DNA of 64,000 nt. Origin: Candidatus Lustribacter sp. (lineage in GTDB: Bacteria; Vulcanimicrobiota; Vulcanimicrobiia; Vulcanimicrobiales; Vulcanimicrobiaceae). A program made the translations under genes and the position numbers. Below, in pieces: positions 46,513 to 55,399 of the stretch (positions are counted from its first letter, which is position 1; each line of letters opens with the position of its first letter). The stretch spans positions 4,960,001 through 5,024,000 of the forward strand of contig OZ255842.1 in NCBI GenBank assembly GCA_965277805.1, written 5' to 3'. The notes beneath the pieces are model-generated. The model had not been told where the DNA came from. It saw only the letters and a program-made list of their open reading frames with translations, and made no database searches.

Positions 46513-48048
46513 TCACGTTAGCAAGGAAGTCTGAGGATTTTCTTTGCGGTCGGCGATGACGGCGTGGGCGGCGCGGCGGCCGGGGAAGCCGCTGACGCAG
46601 CCGCCGGGATGCGTTCCGGAACCGCAGAGGTAGAGCCCGTCGATCCCGGTGCGCACGCCGAAGCGCTGGCCATACAGCTGGCCGGGCAGCAGTTCGCCGT
46701 GGAAGATGTGGCCGCCGGCAAGGCCGAGCGTCGCTTCGAGGTCGGGAGGCGCTAGGACCTGACGGTGCTCGATCGCGCCCGGCAGGTTCGGCGCGTAGGC
46801 GGCGAGCTGCGCGACGATCCGATCCGCGATCGCGTCGCGATCGCCGGGCTCCCACGGGCGATCGCTGCGATCGTAGGGGAAGTACTGCGCGAAGATCGAG
46901 AGGATGTGTTTGCCGGCCGGAGCGAGTGACGGATCGGTCGGCGTTTGCATGAAGCACTCGAGCATCGGTTCGCGCGACGTACCGAGTTCGCGCGCGTCGT
47001 CGTACGCATGCTGTAAGAAATCGATCGAGGGTGCAACGTGAATCGTAGCGCGATGATGCGGCTGCTCGTTCGTGCCGGGACGCGCGCGAAAATCGGGTAG
47101 TTCGCCCAGACCAAGGTTGATCTTGAGCGAGACGCCGTTGGAACGCCAAGCCGCGGCGCGCGCGTGCAGTTCGGGCGGCACATCGCTGCGTTCGAGCAAC
47201 TGCAAGAAGAGCGTTTTCGGATCGGCGTTGACGAGGATCGCCCCGGCGTCGATCGTCGTGCCGTCGCGCAATTCGATGCGCCCGGCGCGGCCGTTGCGCA
47301 GCGCGATGCGTTCGACGGTGCTCCCCGCGCGCAATTCGGCGCCGGCCGCGCGGGCCGCGGAGGCGGCGGCCGCCGAGACCGCGCCCATGCCGCCGCGCAC
47401 GAAGCCCCACGCGCCCTGCACTCCGAGCGCGCGGCCGGCGTAGTGATGCGCGAGCACGTAGGCGGTGCCGGGATCGCGCGGACCGGCGCCGGTGCCGATC
47501 AGCCCGTCGGTGGCGAGCGTCGCCTGCAGCACGGGCGTGCGTACGTAGCGCTCGACGAGATCCGCGACGGAGCCCTCGAGCGTCGTGCGCGTCGCGGCGT
47601 CGAAACGCGACCACGCCGGCGTTTCATCGGCGAACGATTCGAACAGCGCGCTGCCGAGACGCAGCGCCTCCGTCTCGAACGCCGCGAAGCCCGCCACGTC
47701 GCGTTCGTCGAAGGCGGCGATTTCGCGCGCATTCGCCACCTCGTCCGAACCGAGCAGGAGCGAGCGTCCATCGCCGAGCGGCGTGAACGACGCCGGCTCC
47801 TTGCGATAGGCGTTGTAGCCGTGCGCGGCGAGGTCGAGGTCGGCGATGACCTGCGGATCGAGCAGGCTGCACACGTAGGATGCGAGCGACACCTTGTAGC
47901 CCGGCCAGACGGGTTCCGTGACCGCCGCGCCGCCGAGCACGTCGCGCCGTTCGAGCACGAGCGTGCGCAAACCGGCGCGCGCGCAATACGCGGCGGCGAT
48001 CAGCCCGTTGTGACCGCCGCCGACGATGACAACGTCGGCCGTTAGCGT
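46513..48048 (-). CDS. Phytoene-dehydrogenase-like NAD(P)/FAD oxidoreductase (PYROXD2-like); start uncertain
   Basis: DVVIVGGGHNGL..A.Y.A, LERR..LGGAA, VRGGMG, GGHIFHGEL, LYLCGSGTHPGG.VSG.PG. Confidence 0.88.
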   Translation of the reverse strand, partial: TLTADVVIVGGGHNGLIAAAYCARAGLRTLVLERRDVLGGAAVTEPVWPGYKVSLASYVCSLLDPQVIADLDLAAHGYNAYRKEPASFTPLGDGRSLLLGSDEVANAREIAAFDERDVAGFAAFETEALRLGSALFESFADETPAWSRFDAATRTTLEGSVADLVERYVRTPVLQATLATDGLIGTGAGPRDPGTAYVLAHHYAGRALGVQGAWGFVRGGMGAVSAAAASAARAAGAELRAGSTVERIALRNGRAGRIELRDGTTIDAGAILVNADPKTLFLQLLERSDVPPELHARAAAWRSNGVSLKINLGLGELPDFRARPGTNEQPHHRATIHVAPSIDFLQHAYDDARELGTSREPMLECFMQTPTDPSLAPAGKHILSIFAQYFPYDRSDRPWEPGDRDAIADRIVAQLAAYAPNLPGAIEHRQVLAPPDLEATLGLAGGHIFHGELLPGQLYGQRFGVRTGIDGLYLCGSGTHPGGCVSGFPGRRAAHAVIADRKENPQTSLLT

Positions 48049-48731
48049 TTCTGGGGTCTCCGCTTCGGTTTGAACGGATCGCCGACCGCATACTTGCCGC
48101 GTTTGGGCAAGTCTTCGTCGACGTCGTCGCAGCCGATCGGCGTGAACGCGCCGCAGTCGTGCGGGCGCGCTTCGTAAATCCCGCAGTAGTAGTGACCGGA
48201 ACGCCCGCCCTTGAGAAAGACGCACTTGGACGCGATGTCTTCGTCGACTTTCTTCAGCCAGCCGACGTTGTAACCGTCGGCCGACTCGCGCTCGTTCACG
48301 TACTCTTTCATCACTTCTTCGTACGTCCAGCCGAAGTGATCGGCGATGCGTTGCACGTCGGCTTTGTTGACGAAGGGTTCGTAACCGCCGCAGCATTCGG
48401 CGCAGCCCGGCGGGCACGCGACGTTGTTCGGCAGATCGTAGAGGTGCTTGCGCGCCAGCTCGATCACGCCGCGGACGGCCAGCACCATTTCGGGATCGTC
48501 GTTGTACTTATAGACCCATTCGCGATGCGTGATCGTGTTGGAGTTGTAGTACCGCTCGATCTTTTCGTTGTACTTGATCGTGATGTGTTCTTCATCGATC
48601 TCGATGTTTTGGACCATGTTCATGGTCTCGAGATCGAGTTGGTTGAGGGAAGTTGGTTGCCCGGTGTCGCGCGTGAATTTCTTGAGATTGCGCAGTTCAC
48701 GGTGGGCGATCAGATCGATCGTCTCTTGCAT
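48042..48731 (-). CDS. YkgJ-family cysteine-cluster protein
   Basis: CPPGCAECC...CVFL...CGIYEARPHDC..F. Confidence 0.85.
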   Translation of the reverse strand: MQETIDLIAHRELRNLKKFTRDTGQPTSLNQLDLETMNMVQNIEIDEEHITIKYNEKIERYYNSNTITHREWVYKYNDDPEMVLAVRGVIELARKHLYDLPNNVACPPGCAECCGGYEPFVNKADVQRIADHFGWTYEEVMKEYVNERESADGYNVGWLKKVDEDIASKCVFLKGGRSGHYYCGIYEARPHDCGAFTPIGCDDVDEDLPKRGKYAVGDPFKPKRRPQKR

Positions 48732-48791
48732 GGATGTCCCTTTCGCGGGTTACGGCGGATCGACCCGGCCCCGGCGCGAAAGGCCTGCCGC

Positions 48792-49742
48792 ATGGGGCAA
48801 GCAATCGGCGTAGACCTGGGTGGATCGCACGTGATGGCGACCGTCGTCGACGAAACCGGCGAGACCAAAGCCAAGCACGAGCGCGACATCGTCGATCACG
48901 CGCCGGCGGCGGTCTTCGCAGCCGTCGAGAAAGTCATCGCCGAAGCGCTCGGCGACGCCAAAGAGAAGCAGATCGTCGGGATCGGCATCGGGGCGCCGGG
49001 CAACATCGACCTCGAGACCGGCACGATCCGCTACTCGCCCAACTTCGGCTGGAAGGATGTCGCGCTCGGCGATCACGTCCGGGGCGCGTTCAAGTTCCCG
49101 GTGTTCGTCGGCAACGACGCGCGCTGCGCGACGCTCGGCGAGCACACCTTCGGCGCGGGTAAAGGCGTGCCGGACTTCGTTCTGCTCACGCTCGGCACCG
49201 GGATCGGCGGCGGAATCGTTTCCGGCGGAAAGCTCCTGGTCGGAGGGCGCGCCAGCGCCGGTGAGGTGGGCCACCATCAGATCCGCCCGCACGACGGGTT
49301 CGTCTGCGGCTGCGGTAAGATCGGCTGCTTCGAAGCACAGTGTTCGGGCACGGGCCTGATTCGTCACGCACTCGCGCTTCAGCCGTCGTTTCCGCGCAGC
49401 ACGCTGCTCGATGCGCCCAAAGAGAAGCTCGGCTCGAAGGCGATCCGCCGCGCGGCGCAAGCCGGCGACGGGCACGGGCTCGCGGCCTGGAACAACTGGA
49501 TCGACGATTTGGGCTACGGCCTCGCCAACATCGTGGCATTCGTGAATCCCACGATGATCGCGCTCGGCGGCGGGGTGGCCAGTGCCGGCGCGTTCATCAT
49601 CGATAAGGTCGCACCGCTGGTCGAAGCGCGGTCGACGATGGTGCCGCCCGGCTCGACGACGATCGTCACCGCCACCCTCGGCAACGATGCCGGCGCGATC
49701 GGCGCCGCCACCATGGCGCTGCGCGGCGGCCTTACGGCTTAG
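48792..49742 (+). CDS. ROK-family sugar kinase
   Basis: IGVDLGGS, GNDARCA, TLGTGIGGG, GEVGH, CGCGKIGCFE; start ATG 48792. Confidence 0.92.
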   Translation: MGQAIGVDLGGSHVMATVVDETGETKAKHERDIVDHAPAAVFAAVEKVIAEALGDAKEKQIVGIGIGAPGNIDLETGTIRYSPNFGWKDVALGDHVRGAFKFPVFVGNDARCATLGEHTFGAGKGVPDFVLLTLGTGIGGGIVSGGKLLVGGRASAGEVGHHQIRPHDGFVCGCGKIGCFEAQCSGTGLIRHALALQPSFPRSTLLDAPKEKLGSKAIRRAAQAGDGHGLAAWNNWIDDLGYGLANIVAFVNPTMIALGGGVASAGAFIIDKVAPLVEARSTMVPPGSTTIVTATLGNDAGAIGAATMALRGGLTA

Positions 49743-49745
49743 TCA

Positions 49746-50042
49746 TTATTCGTCGATCGAGAGGCCGTCGAGGGGCGCCGGATAGATCGTGTCGATGTCG
49801 ACGAGCGGAATGCGTTCTTCTTCGATCTTCAGACCGAGGCGCGAAACGGCTTGGCCGGGCGCAGTCGACGGCTGCTTCGGCGAGAGCGAGAACGGCTGCA
49901 GATAGAGATACGTGTCGTCGACGCGCAGCACGCGGCCGCCGCTGTTGGTCGGCATCTTCGGAAGTCCCTCGATCACGGCCGCTTTCCAATCGAGAACGAT
50001 GAATTTGCCGACCCATGGCGCAGCGTCGCTTTGGTAAATCAC
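49746..50042 (-). CDS. Hypothetical protein, 98 aa
   Basis: GTG overlaps the TAG of the upstream amidohydrolase; fills the gap. Confidence 0.55.
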   Translation of the reverse strand: MIYQSDAAPWVGKFIVLDWKAAVIEGLPKMPTNSGGRVLRVDDTYLYLQPFSLSPKQPSTAPGQAVSRLGLKIEEERIPLVDIDTIYPAPLDGLSIDE

Positions 50043-51220
50043 TAGGGTGCCATTTCCGGCGCGTTGAGCGCCAGTGCCGTCATCATGCGAACGCCGGTTT
50101 CGAGCGCGCGTTCGTCGATGTCGAATTTTGCATGATGGTGGGGAAACGACGTGGACGGCCCGCCGTTGCAGCCGACCGAGTAGAAACACGCCGGGACGCG
50201 TTCGGCGAAGAACGAGAAATCTTCCGCGCCCATCAGCTTCGGCGCCTCGATCACGCGCGTTGCGCCGATTTCGCGCTCGGCCAGCGCGCGAACCCAGCGC
50301 GTTTGTTCGGCATCGTTCGAGGTGACCGGATAGCGGCGCAAATAATCGAAGGTGTACGTCGCGCCCGAACTCTCGCACACCCCGCGCAAGACGCGCTCGA
50401 TGCGCTCGGCGAGCGCGTTGCGCACGTCGGCGTCGAACGCGCGCACGGTGCCGAGCAGCGTCGCGCGCGATGGAATCACGTTGTGAATCGTGCCCGCATG
50501 CACGGCGCCGATCGTCACGACGGCCGGTGCGAGCGGATCGATTTGGCGCGCGACGATCTGCTGCACGGCCACGATGAATGCGCCCGCGACGTAGATCGGA
50601 TCGATCGAGAGGTGCGGCGCGGCGCCGTGTCCGCCCGCGCCTTCGATCGTGATCTCGATCGAATCGCTCGACGCATAGAACGCGCCCTCGCGCAGGCCGA
50701 TGATGCCGGTGGGAAATGCCGAAGCCAGGTGCAGCCCGTAGGCCCGCTCGATGCCGAAGCGTTCGAAGAGGCCGTCCTCGACCATCGCCTTCGCGCCGCC
50801 GCGGCCTTCCTCGGCGGGCTGGAAGCACAACACGATCGTGCCGGCCAGTTCCGCCTGCCGGCGCGCGATCAGCGTCGCGGCGCCGAGCAGCATCGCGACG
50901 TGGCCGTCGTGTCCGCAGGCGTGCATCGTGCCGCGCGTTTGCGAGGCGTAGTCGACGGCGTTCTCTTCCTCGATCGGCAACGCGTCCATGTCGGCGCGCA
51001 GCATGATTGTCTTGCCGGGACGCGTTCCGCGCATCACGCCGACGACGCCCGTGACGCCGATGCCTTCGGTGACGTCGTAGCCGAGTGCGCGCAAACGCGC
51101 AGCGGCGAGCGCTGCCGTGCGCCGTTCTTCAAAGCCGAGTTCGGGATGCTGGTGCAGATCGCGCCGGGTCGCGATGACGTCGGCGATGACGTCTTCGGGC
51201 AGGGGCGCGAGCGCGGTCAA
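50042..51220 (-). CDS. M20D amidohydrolase
   Basis: RRDLHQHPELGFEE, LRADMDALP, MHACGHDGH, FQPAEEG, GAEDFS; start TTG 51220. Confidence 0.92.
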   Translation of the reverse strand: MTALAPLPEDVIADVIATRRDLHQHPELGFEERRTAALAAARLRALGYDVTEGIGVTGVVGVMRGTRPGKTIMLRADMDALPIEEENAVDYASQTRGTMHACGHDGHVAMLLGAATLIARRQAELAGTIVLCFQPAEEGRGGAKAMVEDGLFERFGIERAYGLHLASAFPTGIIGLREGAFYASSDSIEITIEGAGGHGAAPHLSIDPIYVAGAFIVAVQQIVARQIDPLAPAVVTIGAVHAGTIHNVIPSRATLLGTVRAFDADVRNALAERIERVLRGVCESSGATYTFDYLRRYPVTSNDAEQTRWVRALAEREIGATRVIEAPKLMGAEDFSFFAERVPACFYSVGCNGGPSTSFPHHHAKFDIDERALETGVRMMTALALNAPEMAP

Positions 51221-52395
51221 ACGGCGGCGGCGGAAACCGGGACGCGCGGCGTCGGTTTGCGGCCGTCCTGTGCGACTTGCGCGATCAGTTCGGCGATGCG
51301 GCGTGATGAACCGCGCGGGGCGATGCCGGTCAGTTGCGCGCGCATCGTGGCGAGGCGTTCGCTGTTCTCGACGATACGTTTCACCGATTGGACGACTTCG
51401 GCGGTCGTCAGCGCCACGACACCGATGCCGTTGGTGCGCACCCAATCGAGATTGCCGCGTTCTTGGCCCGGCACGTAATCGTAGACCACGACCGGCACTT
51501 CGGCGACGCTGGCTTCGGCGAGCGTGCCCGGTCCGGCTTTGGTGACCAGCAGATCGGCGGCGCGCATCAGTTCGGGAACGTCGTTGCGGAAGCCGAGCAC
51601 GGTGATCGGCGTCGGCAGCGTGGGCGCGAGTTCTTCGAGCTTTGCTTTGAGCGCGGCGTTGCGGCCGGTGACGACGACGAGATGGAACGGCAAGTTCGTC
51701 TTCGCGAGCGCCAGCGTGGTCGGCAGCAGTTTTCCGCCGCCTTCGCCGCCGGCCATCAGCAGCGCGATCGTTTGTTCTTGCGGCAAACCGAGTTTGCTGC
51801 GGATCTCGCTCTTGGTGGCCGATACGTCTTCGAATTTCGGATGGATCGGATGACCGATCAGGCGCAAGCGGCTCGGCGGCACGCCCCGTTCGATCGCGCG
51901 GTTGTACACTTCGCGCGCCGGCACGATGGTGAGATCGGCCTCGGGCAAGAGCCAGCCTTCGTGCACGCGTCCGAGATCGGTGATCACGGTGACGATCGGC
52001 ACGTGATCCATGCCGGCGTCGGCCCGGGCGCGCAAGGCCGCGTGGTTGAGCAGCGGATGGACCGAGACGATGACGTCGGGATTGTACTGGGTGAAGACGT
52101 CCTTGAGCCGTTCGCGGTAGAGCGGTTCGCAGAAGCGCACGATCGTGCGGTAGCGGCGGCGTCCGTTGGTCGCGTGGTAGAGCGCGCCGTAGATCGGCGG
52201 GGCAAAGCGGAGGGCCGCGCTGTAGGCCGGCCCCAGTTTGGAGAGTGGGAACGTGCAGTGGGCAGCGATGTCGTCGATGCGCCACTCGAGCCGCGTCCCC
52301 TTATCGATCTCATCCAGCGCGGCACCGATGGCCATCGCTCCGGCGCGATGCCCGCCGCCGGTATCTGAGATGAGGAAGAGGACGCGTTTGGTCAT
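51217..52395 (-). CDS. MGDG synthase/UgtP-family glycosyltransferase (GT28)
   Basis: SDTGGGHRA, IVSVHPL, TVITDL, GGEGGG, TKAGPGTLAEA, PGQERGN; start ATG 52395. Confidence 0.92.
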   Translation of the reverse strand: MTKRVLFLISDTGGGHRAGAMAIGAALDEIDKGTRLEWRIDDIAAHCTFPLSKLGPAYSAALRFAPPIYGALYHATNGRRRYRTIVRFCEPLYRERLKDVFTQYNPDVIVSVHPLLNHAALRARADAGMDHVPIVTVITDLGRVHEGWLLPEADLTIVPAREVYNRAIERGVPPSRLRLIGHPIHPKFEDVSATKSEIRSKLGLPQEQTIALLMAGGEGGGKLLPTTLALAKTNLPFHLVVVTGRNAALKAKLEELAPTLPTPITVLGFRNDVPELMRAADLLVTKAGPGTLAEASVAEVPVVVYDYVPGQERGNLDWVRTNGIGVVALTTAEVVQSVKRIVENSERLATMRAQLTGIAPRGSSRRIAELIAQVAQDGRKPTPRVPVSAAAV

Positions 52396-52997
52396 CCGGT
52401 GGGTGACTTTCGTTGCTTCAAGGCGCGCAGGGCGGCGGCACTCTGGCGATTGCGGGTTCGCATCACGCGCAGTGCCACAGCGCGACGGCGCCGAGGCGAG
52501 ATCGCGCGAAGCCACGCGATCGTAGAACGAGCCGGCAGGTCATAGAAACGGAAAATGTCGCCGAACTCGATCTCAGGGTTTACGTGGTGACCGTTATGGT
52601 CCTCCGGCAGCACGAGGCCGCTCACCCGGGCAACGCGGACGAGCCACGCCGGGCTCCTCCAGCCCAGCTCCGACGTATGTCGCCACCAAACGTGCAGTTG
52701 TCCCAGCACGAGCCCGACGGCCGCGCCGGCCACCGATATCTGCGTGCACAGAATCGCGATCGCGATATACGGCAGCGCGCCGAGGAGACCGTCGAGCAGC
52801 ACTTCCGGGCTGCGCGAAAGCACCGCGTGATCCCAGTACGAACGCTTGCGATCGTGATGCGTCCGCAGGTGCAATTTGCCCCACATATGCTGCGGAACGT
52901 GATAGAAGAAGGTGGAAGCGAAATCTCCAACCACGAGGACGATGAGCGTCGCCACAATTCCTGATATCAGCGGCGAGCCCAGCACGATCGAATTCAC
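52392..52997 (-). CDS. Sterol desaturase/fatty-acid hydroxylase family di-iron membrane enzyme
   Basis: His boxes YHVPQH, HLRTHH, HVWWRH, DHNGHH. Confidence 0.8.
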   Translation of the reverse strand: MNSIVLGSPLISGIVATLIVLVVGDFASTFFYHVPQHMWGKLHLRTHHDRKRSYWDHAVLSRSPEVLLDGLLGALPYIAIAILCTQISVAGAAVGLVLGQLHVWWRHTSELGWRSPAWLVRVARVSGLVLPEDHNGHHVNPEIEFGDIFRFYDLPARSTIAWLRAISPRRRRAVALRVMRTRNRQSAAALRALKQRKSPTG

Positions 52998-53035
52998 GCG
53001 TTTCCTTCGTTTGACGTACGGCCGTTAACGGAGCG

Positions 53036-53680
53036 TTGGGTTTGCGCGCACGAAAACCTCTCCGGGCAACCCTGCTAGCGGCCTCCATGGTGTTCAACCC
53101 CGGCATGGTCCGGATCGACGTTCTGCGCGACGCCGCGCTGTCGTGGCATATACCCGTCCCGGCACCCCTCACGCGCGGTGCCCGGATGTATATGGATGCC
53201 CCGGTCCGGAGCGGCCAGTTGAGCGCCACGGTGCGGAGCATCATGCGCACGAACCCGCGCCTGTCGGCCTTCGACGCCCTGCTTCTCGCCGACCGTACCT
53301 TGCGTGCGGCGGCCGTGAACGGCCTCGACCCCGGCTTCCTGGCAGCGACGCTCCTTCAGGAGTCGGCCTACAATCCGGACGCACTCTCGTGGGCCGGCGC
53401 CGTGGGCATCGGCCAGTTCATGGTCGACACGGCCGACGGCTACGGCATCGACCCGTTCGACCCCGAGCCCGCCATCGATGCCACCGCCCGGCTGCTCGGC
53501 GCCTACGTGGCCCGCTATCGTGCGCTCGGCGCCGCCGACCCGTTTGCGCTGGCCCTGGCCGCCTACAACGCGGGGCCGGCTGCGGTGGAACGCTACGGCG
53601 GGATCCCGCCGTACGCTGAAACGATCGAATACATCAGCGATATCCGCGAACGCTGGTCCCGGATCGTGCGCGACCGCTGA
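53036..53680 (+). CDS. Lytic transglycosylase (SLT domain)
   Basis: QESAYNP, GAVGIGQFM..TA, AAYNAGP, PPYAETIEY; start uncertain. Confidence 0.88.
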   Translation: MGLRARKPLRATLLAASMVFNPGMVRIDVLRDAALSWHIPVPAPLTRGARMYMDAPVRSGQLSATVRSIMRTNPRLSAFDALLLADRTLRAAAVNGLDPGFLAATLLQESAYNPDALSWAGAVGIGQFMVDTADGYGIDPFDPEPAIDATARLLGAYVARYRALGAADPFALALAAYNAGPAAVERYGGIPPYAETIEYISDIRERWSRIVRDR

Positions 53681-53770
53681 GGCGCTTGGTTTAGGGGCTG
53701 GACCGGAGGGTACGGCCCGAGTGCGATGCTTGAAAACATTCCTTCGGACCGCGGGGTTCGGTACGGCATA

Positions 53771-54775
53771 ATGGGTCCCACGAATCCCGTTGCCGGCGCG
53801 GGGAGATTTGCGCTCCACCGCGATCCGCATCCGGCGCGGGTGGCAACGTTTGCGGAAGACGTGGGACGCGGTTTGAGCATGCGCCCGTACACGCTGATGC
53901 CCAAGTATTTTTATGACGACTTGGGCTCGGCGCTGTTCGAAGCGATCACCTATTTGCCCGAGTACTACCTCACGCGCGTCGAGCGCGATCTGCTCGCGAC
54001 GTACGGCACGCAGATCGTAGGGGCATTCGACGAACCGCTCGAGCTGGTCGAACTCGGCAGCGGCAGCGCGACGAAGACGCGCTTGATCATCGATGCAATT
54101 CTCGAGCGTCAGAATACGCTGACATATCATCCGATCGACATCTCGCCCGACGCGCTGATCGAATCTTCGCAAGCGCTCGTGGCGAAGCTCGAGGCGCTGC
54201 ACGTGCGCGCCTATGCCGGCGACTACTTCACGCTGTTGCGCGCGAAGCGCATCGAGACGCGCGAGCGCGTGCTGGCCCTTTATCTCGGGTCGAACATCGG
54301 CAATTTCGAACCGGCGCAGGCGCGCGAACTCTTCGGGTTGCTCAGCGAGATGCTGGCGCCGGGCGACGGGCTCTTGATCGGCTACGATCTGAAAAAAGAA
54401 GCGTCGATTCTGGAACTGGCGTACAACGATCCGACCGGTGTGACGGCGGCCTTCAACAAGAATTTGCTGGCACGCATCAACCGCGAACTGGGCGGCGACT
54501 TCAACCTGGACGACTTTACGTTCTTCGCCCGTTACGACGACCGCGACGGTGTCGTGCGCTCGTTCTTGCGTGCCGAGCGCGCGCTGACCGCGCACATCCC
54601 CGGAGCCGGCATCACGGCGGAATTCGACGCCGGCGAAACGATCCACATGGAATCGTCGTACAAGTTCCAACGCGAAGAAATGATCGCTCTCGTGATGCCC
54701 TTCGGCTTCACCGAACGCCGCACGTTCAGCGACACCGCCGGCCGCTACGCCCTCTCGCTCTTAATCCGCACCTAG
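53771..54775 (+). CDS. egtD: L-histidine N-alpha-methyltransferase
   Basis: PKYFYDD.GS.LFE.IT.LPEYYLTR, ELGSGS, LGSNIGNF, AYND..GVTAAFNKN, IHMESSYK. Confidence 0.9.
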   Translation: MGPTNPVAGAGRFALHRDPHPARVATFAEDVGRGLSMRPYTLMPKYFYDDLGSALFEAITYLPEYYLTRVERDLLATYGTQIVGAFDEPLELVELGSGSATKTRLIIDAILERQNTLTYHPIDISPDALIESSQALVAKLEALHVRAYAGDYFTLLRAKRIETRERVLALYLGSNIGNFEPAQARELFGLLSEMLAPGDGLLIGYDLKKEASILELAYNDPTGVTAAFNKNLLARINRELGGDFNLDDFTFFARYDDRDGVVRSFLRAERALTAHIPGAGITAEFDAGETIHMESSYKFQREEMIALVMPFGFTERRTFSDTAGRYALSLLIRT

Positions 54776-54806
54776 CCTCAGGTGGCAGTTGTCACGCTGC
54801 CGGCAC

Positions 54807-54833
54807 TCATTTGTCATTTGTGATTTGTCATTC
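54807..54833 (+). repeat. Heptamer tandem repeat (TCATTTG-like, about 4 units)
   Basis: TCATTTG TCATTTG TGATTTG TCATTC, running into the element's left arm. Confidence 0.6.
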
Positions 54834-55029
54834 CGAGTGGAGCGCCGAAGGCGCGCAATCGAGGAACGCGCCACCATCCGAGCTATTGAGTGTGACCGCG
54901 AAGGCGGGAGCAGTGGTGACAAACAACGGTACAAATGATCCACTGCTCCCGCCTTCGCGGTCGCACTCTACATATGAGGTTGCTCTCCGGTTCCTCGTCG
55001 ACGCGCCTCCGGCGCTGCTCGGAATGACA
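54826..55029. repeat. 204-bp REPIN/MITE-like element with terminal inverted repeats and an internal 29-bp hairpin
   Basis: TGTCATTCCGAG...CTCGGAATGACA ends; inner arms 54888-54916 and 54940-54968 are 28/29 complementary. Confidence 0.85.
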
Positions 55030-55399
55030 TGAGGTGCGCTAGAACTGTTGCGCGCGGGTGGCGTGATAGCGTGCCGGGGTCGATGCGTTCGCGTGATGCT
55101 GTTGGACGTACGTAGACGAAAGCAAGCACGGCGCCCGTAGCGTCGTGCGCTTCAACAGTGACCCGTTTGTAATCGACGTCTTCCCACGCGTCCGCCAACG
55201 TGAGTTGCTGCTCATCGAGCGTGATGATGTCGCCGGCAACTGTTTCGCCGGGCGCACGAAGGATCGTGAAGTATCCCGTCTCGGCCACGACGGCGAGCCA
55301 GCCATCCAAGGTCGCGGGGCGCATTGGGACTTCGTGGCCGAACAGTTCGCGTTGGTACTCCCGGTCGCGCAGCGTTCCGTAGACGAACAGCTCGGTCAC
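54968..55399 (-). CDS. Gamma-glutamylcyclotransferase (AIG2/GGACT-like)
   Basis: LFVYGTLR, DAWE..DY.R..V, AFVYV; GTGA overlap with the permease; C-terminus reads into the repeat. Confidence 0.85.
   Translation of the reverse strand: MTELFVYGTLRDREYQRELFGHEVPMRPATLDGWLAVVAETGYFTILRAPGETVAGDIITLDEQQLTLADAWEDVDYKRVTVEAHDATGAVLAFVYVRPTASRERIDPGTLSRHPRATVLAHLMSFRAAPEARRRGTGEQPHM

Noticed and set aside
46513-48048. Carotenoid (crtI) cluster
   Set aside because: Motifs fit the broad PYROXD2-like family; no crtB/crtE nearby
38544-52285. Apparent giant fusions in the ORF track (38544-40400, 46022-47614, 48159-49742, 50042-52285)
   Set aside because: Upstream parts overlap other real genes; better starts at 39824, 46426, 48792 and 51220
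18407-55029. CRISPR array or autonomous IS from the TGTCAT...TGACA repeats
   Set aside because: Copies are dispersed, not regularly spaced; no cas or transposase gene
54811-55032. 73-aa ORF within the repeat element (also 18335-18652)
   Set aside because: Translations of palindromic repeat DNA, with no SD or protein-like features
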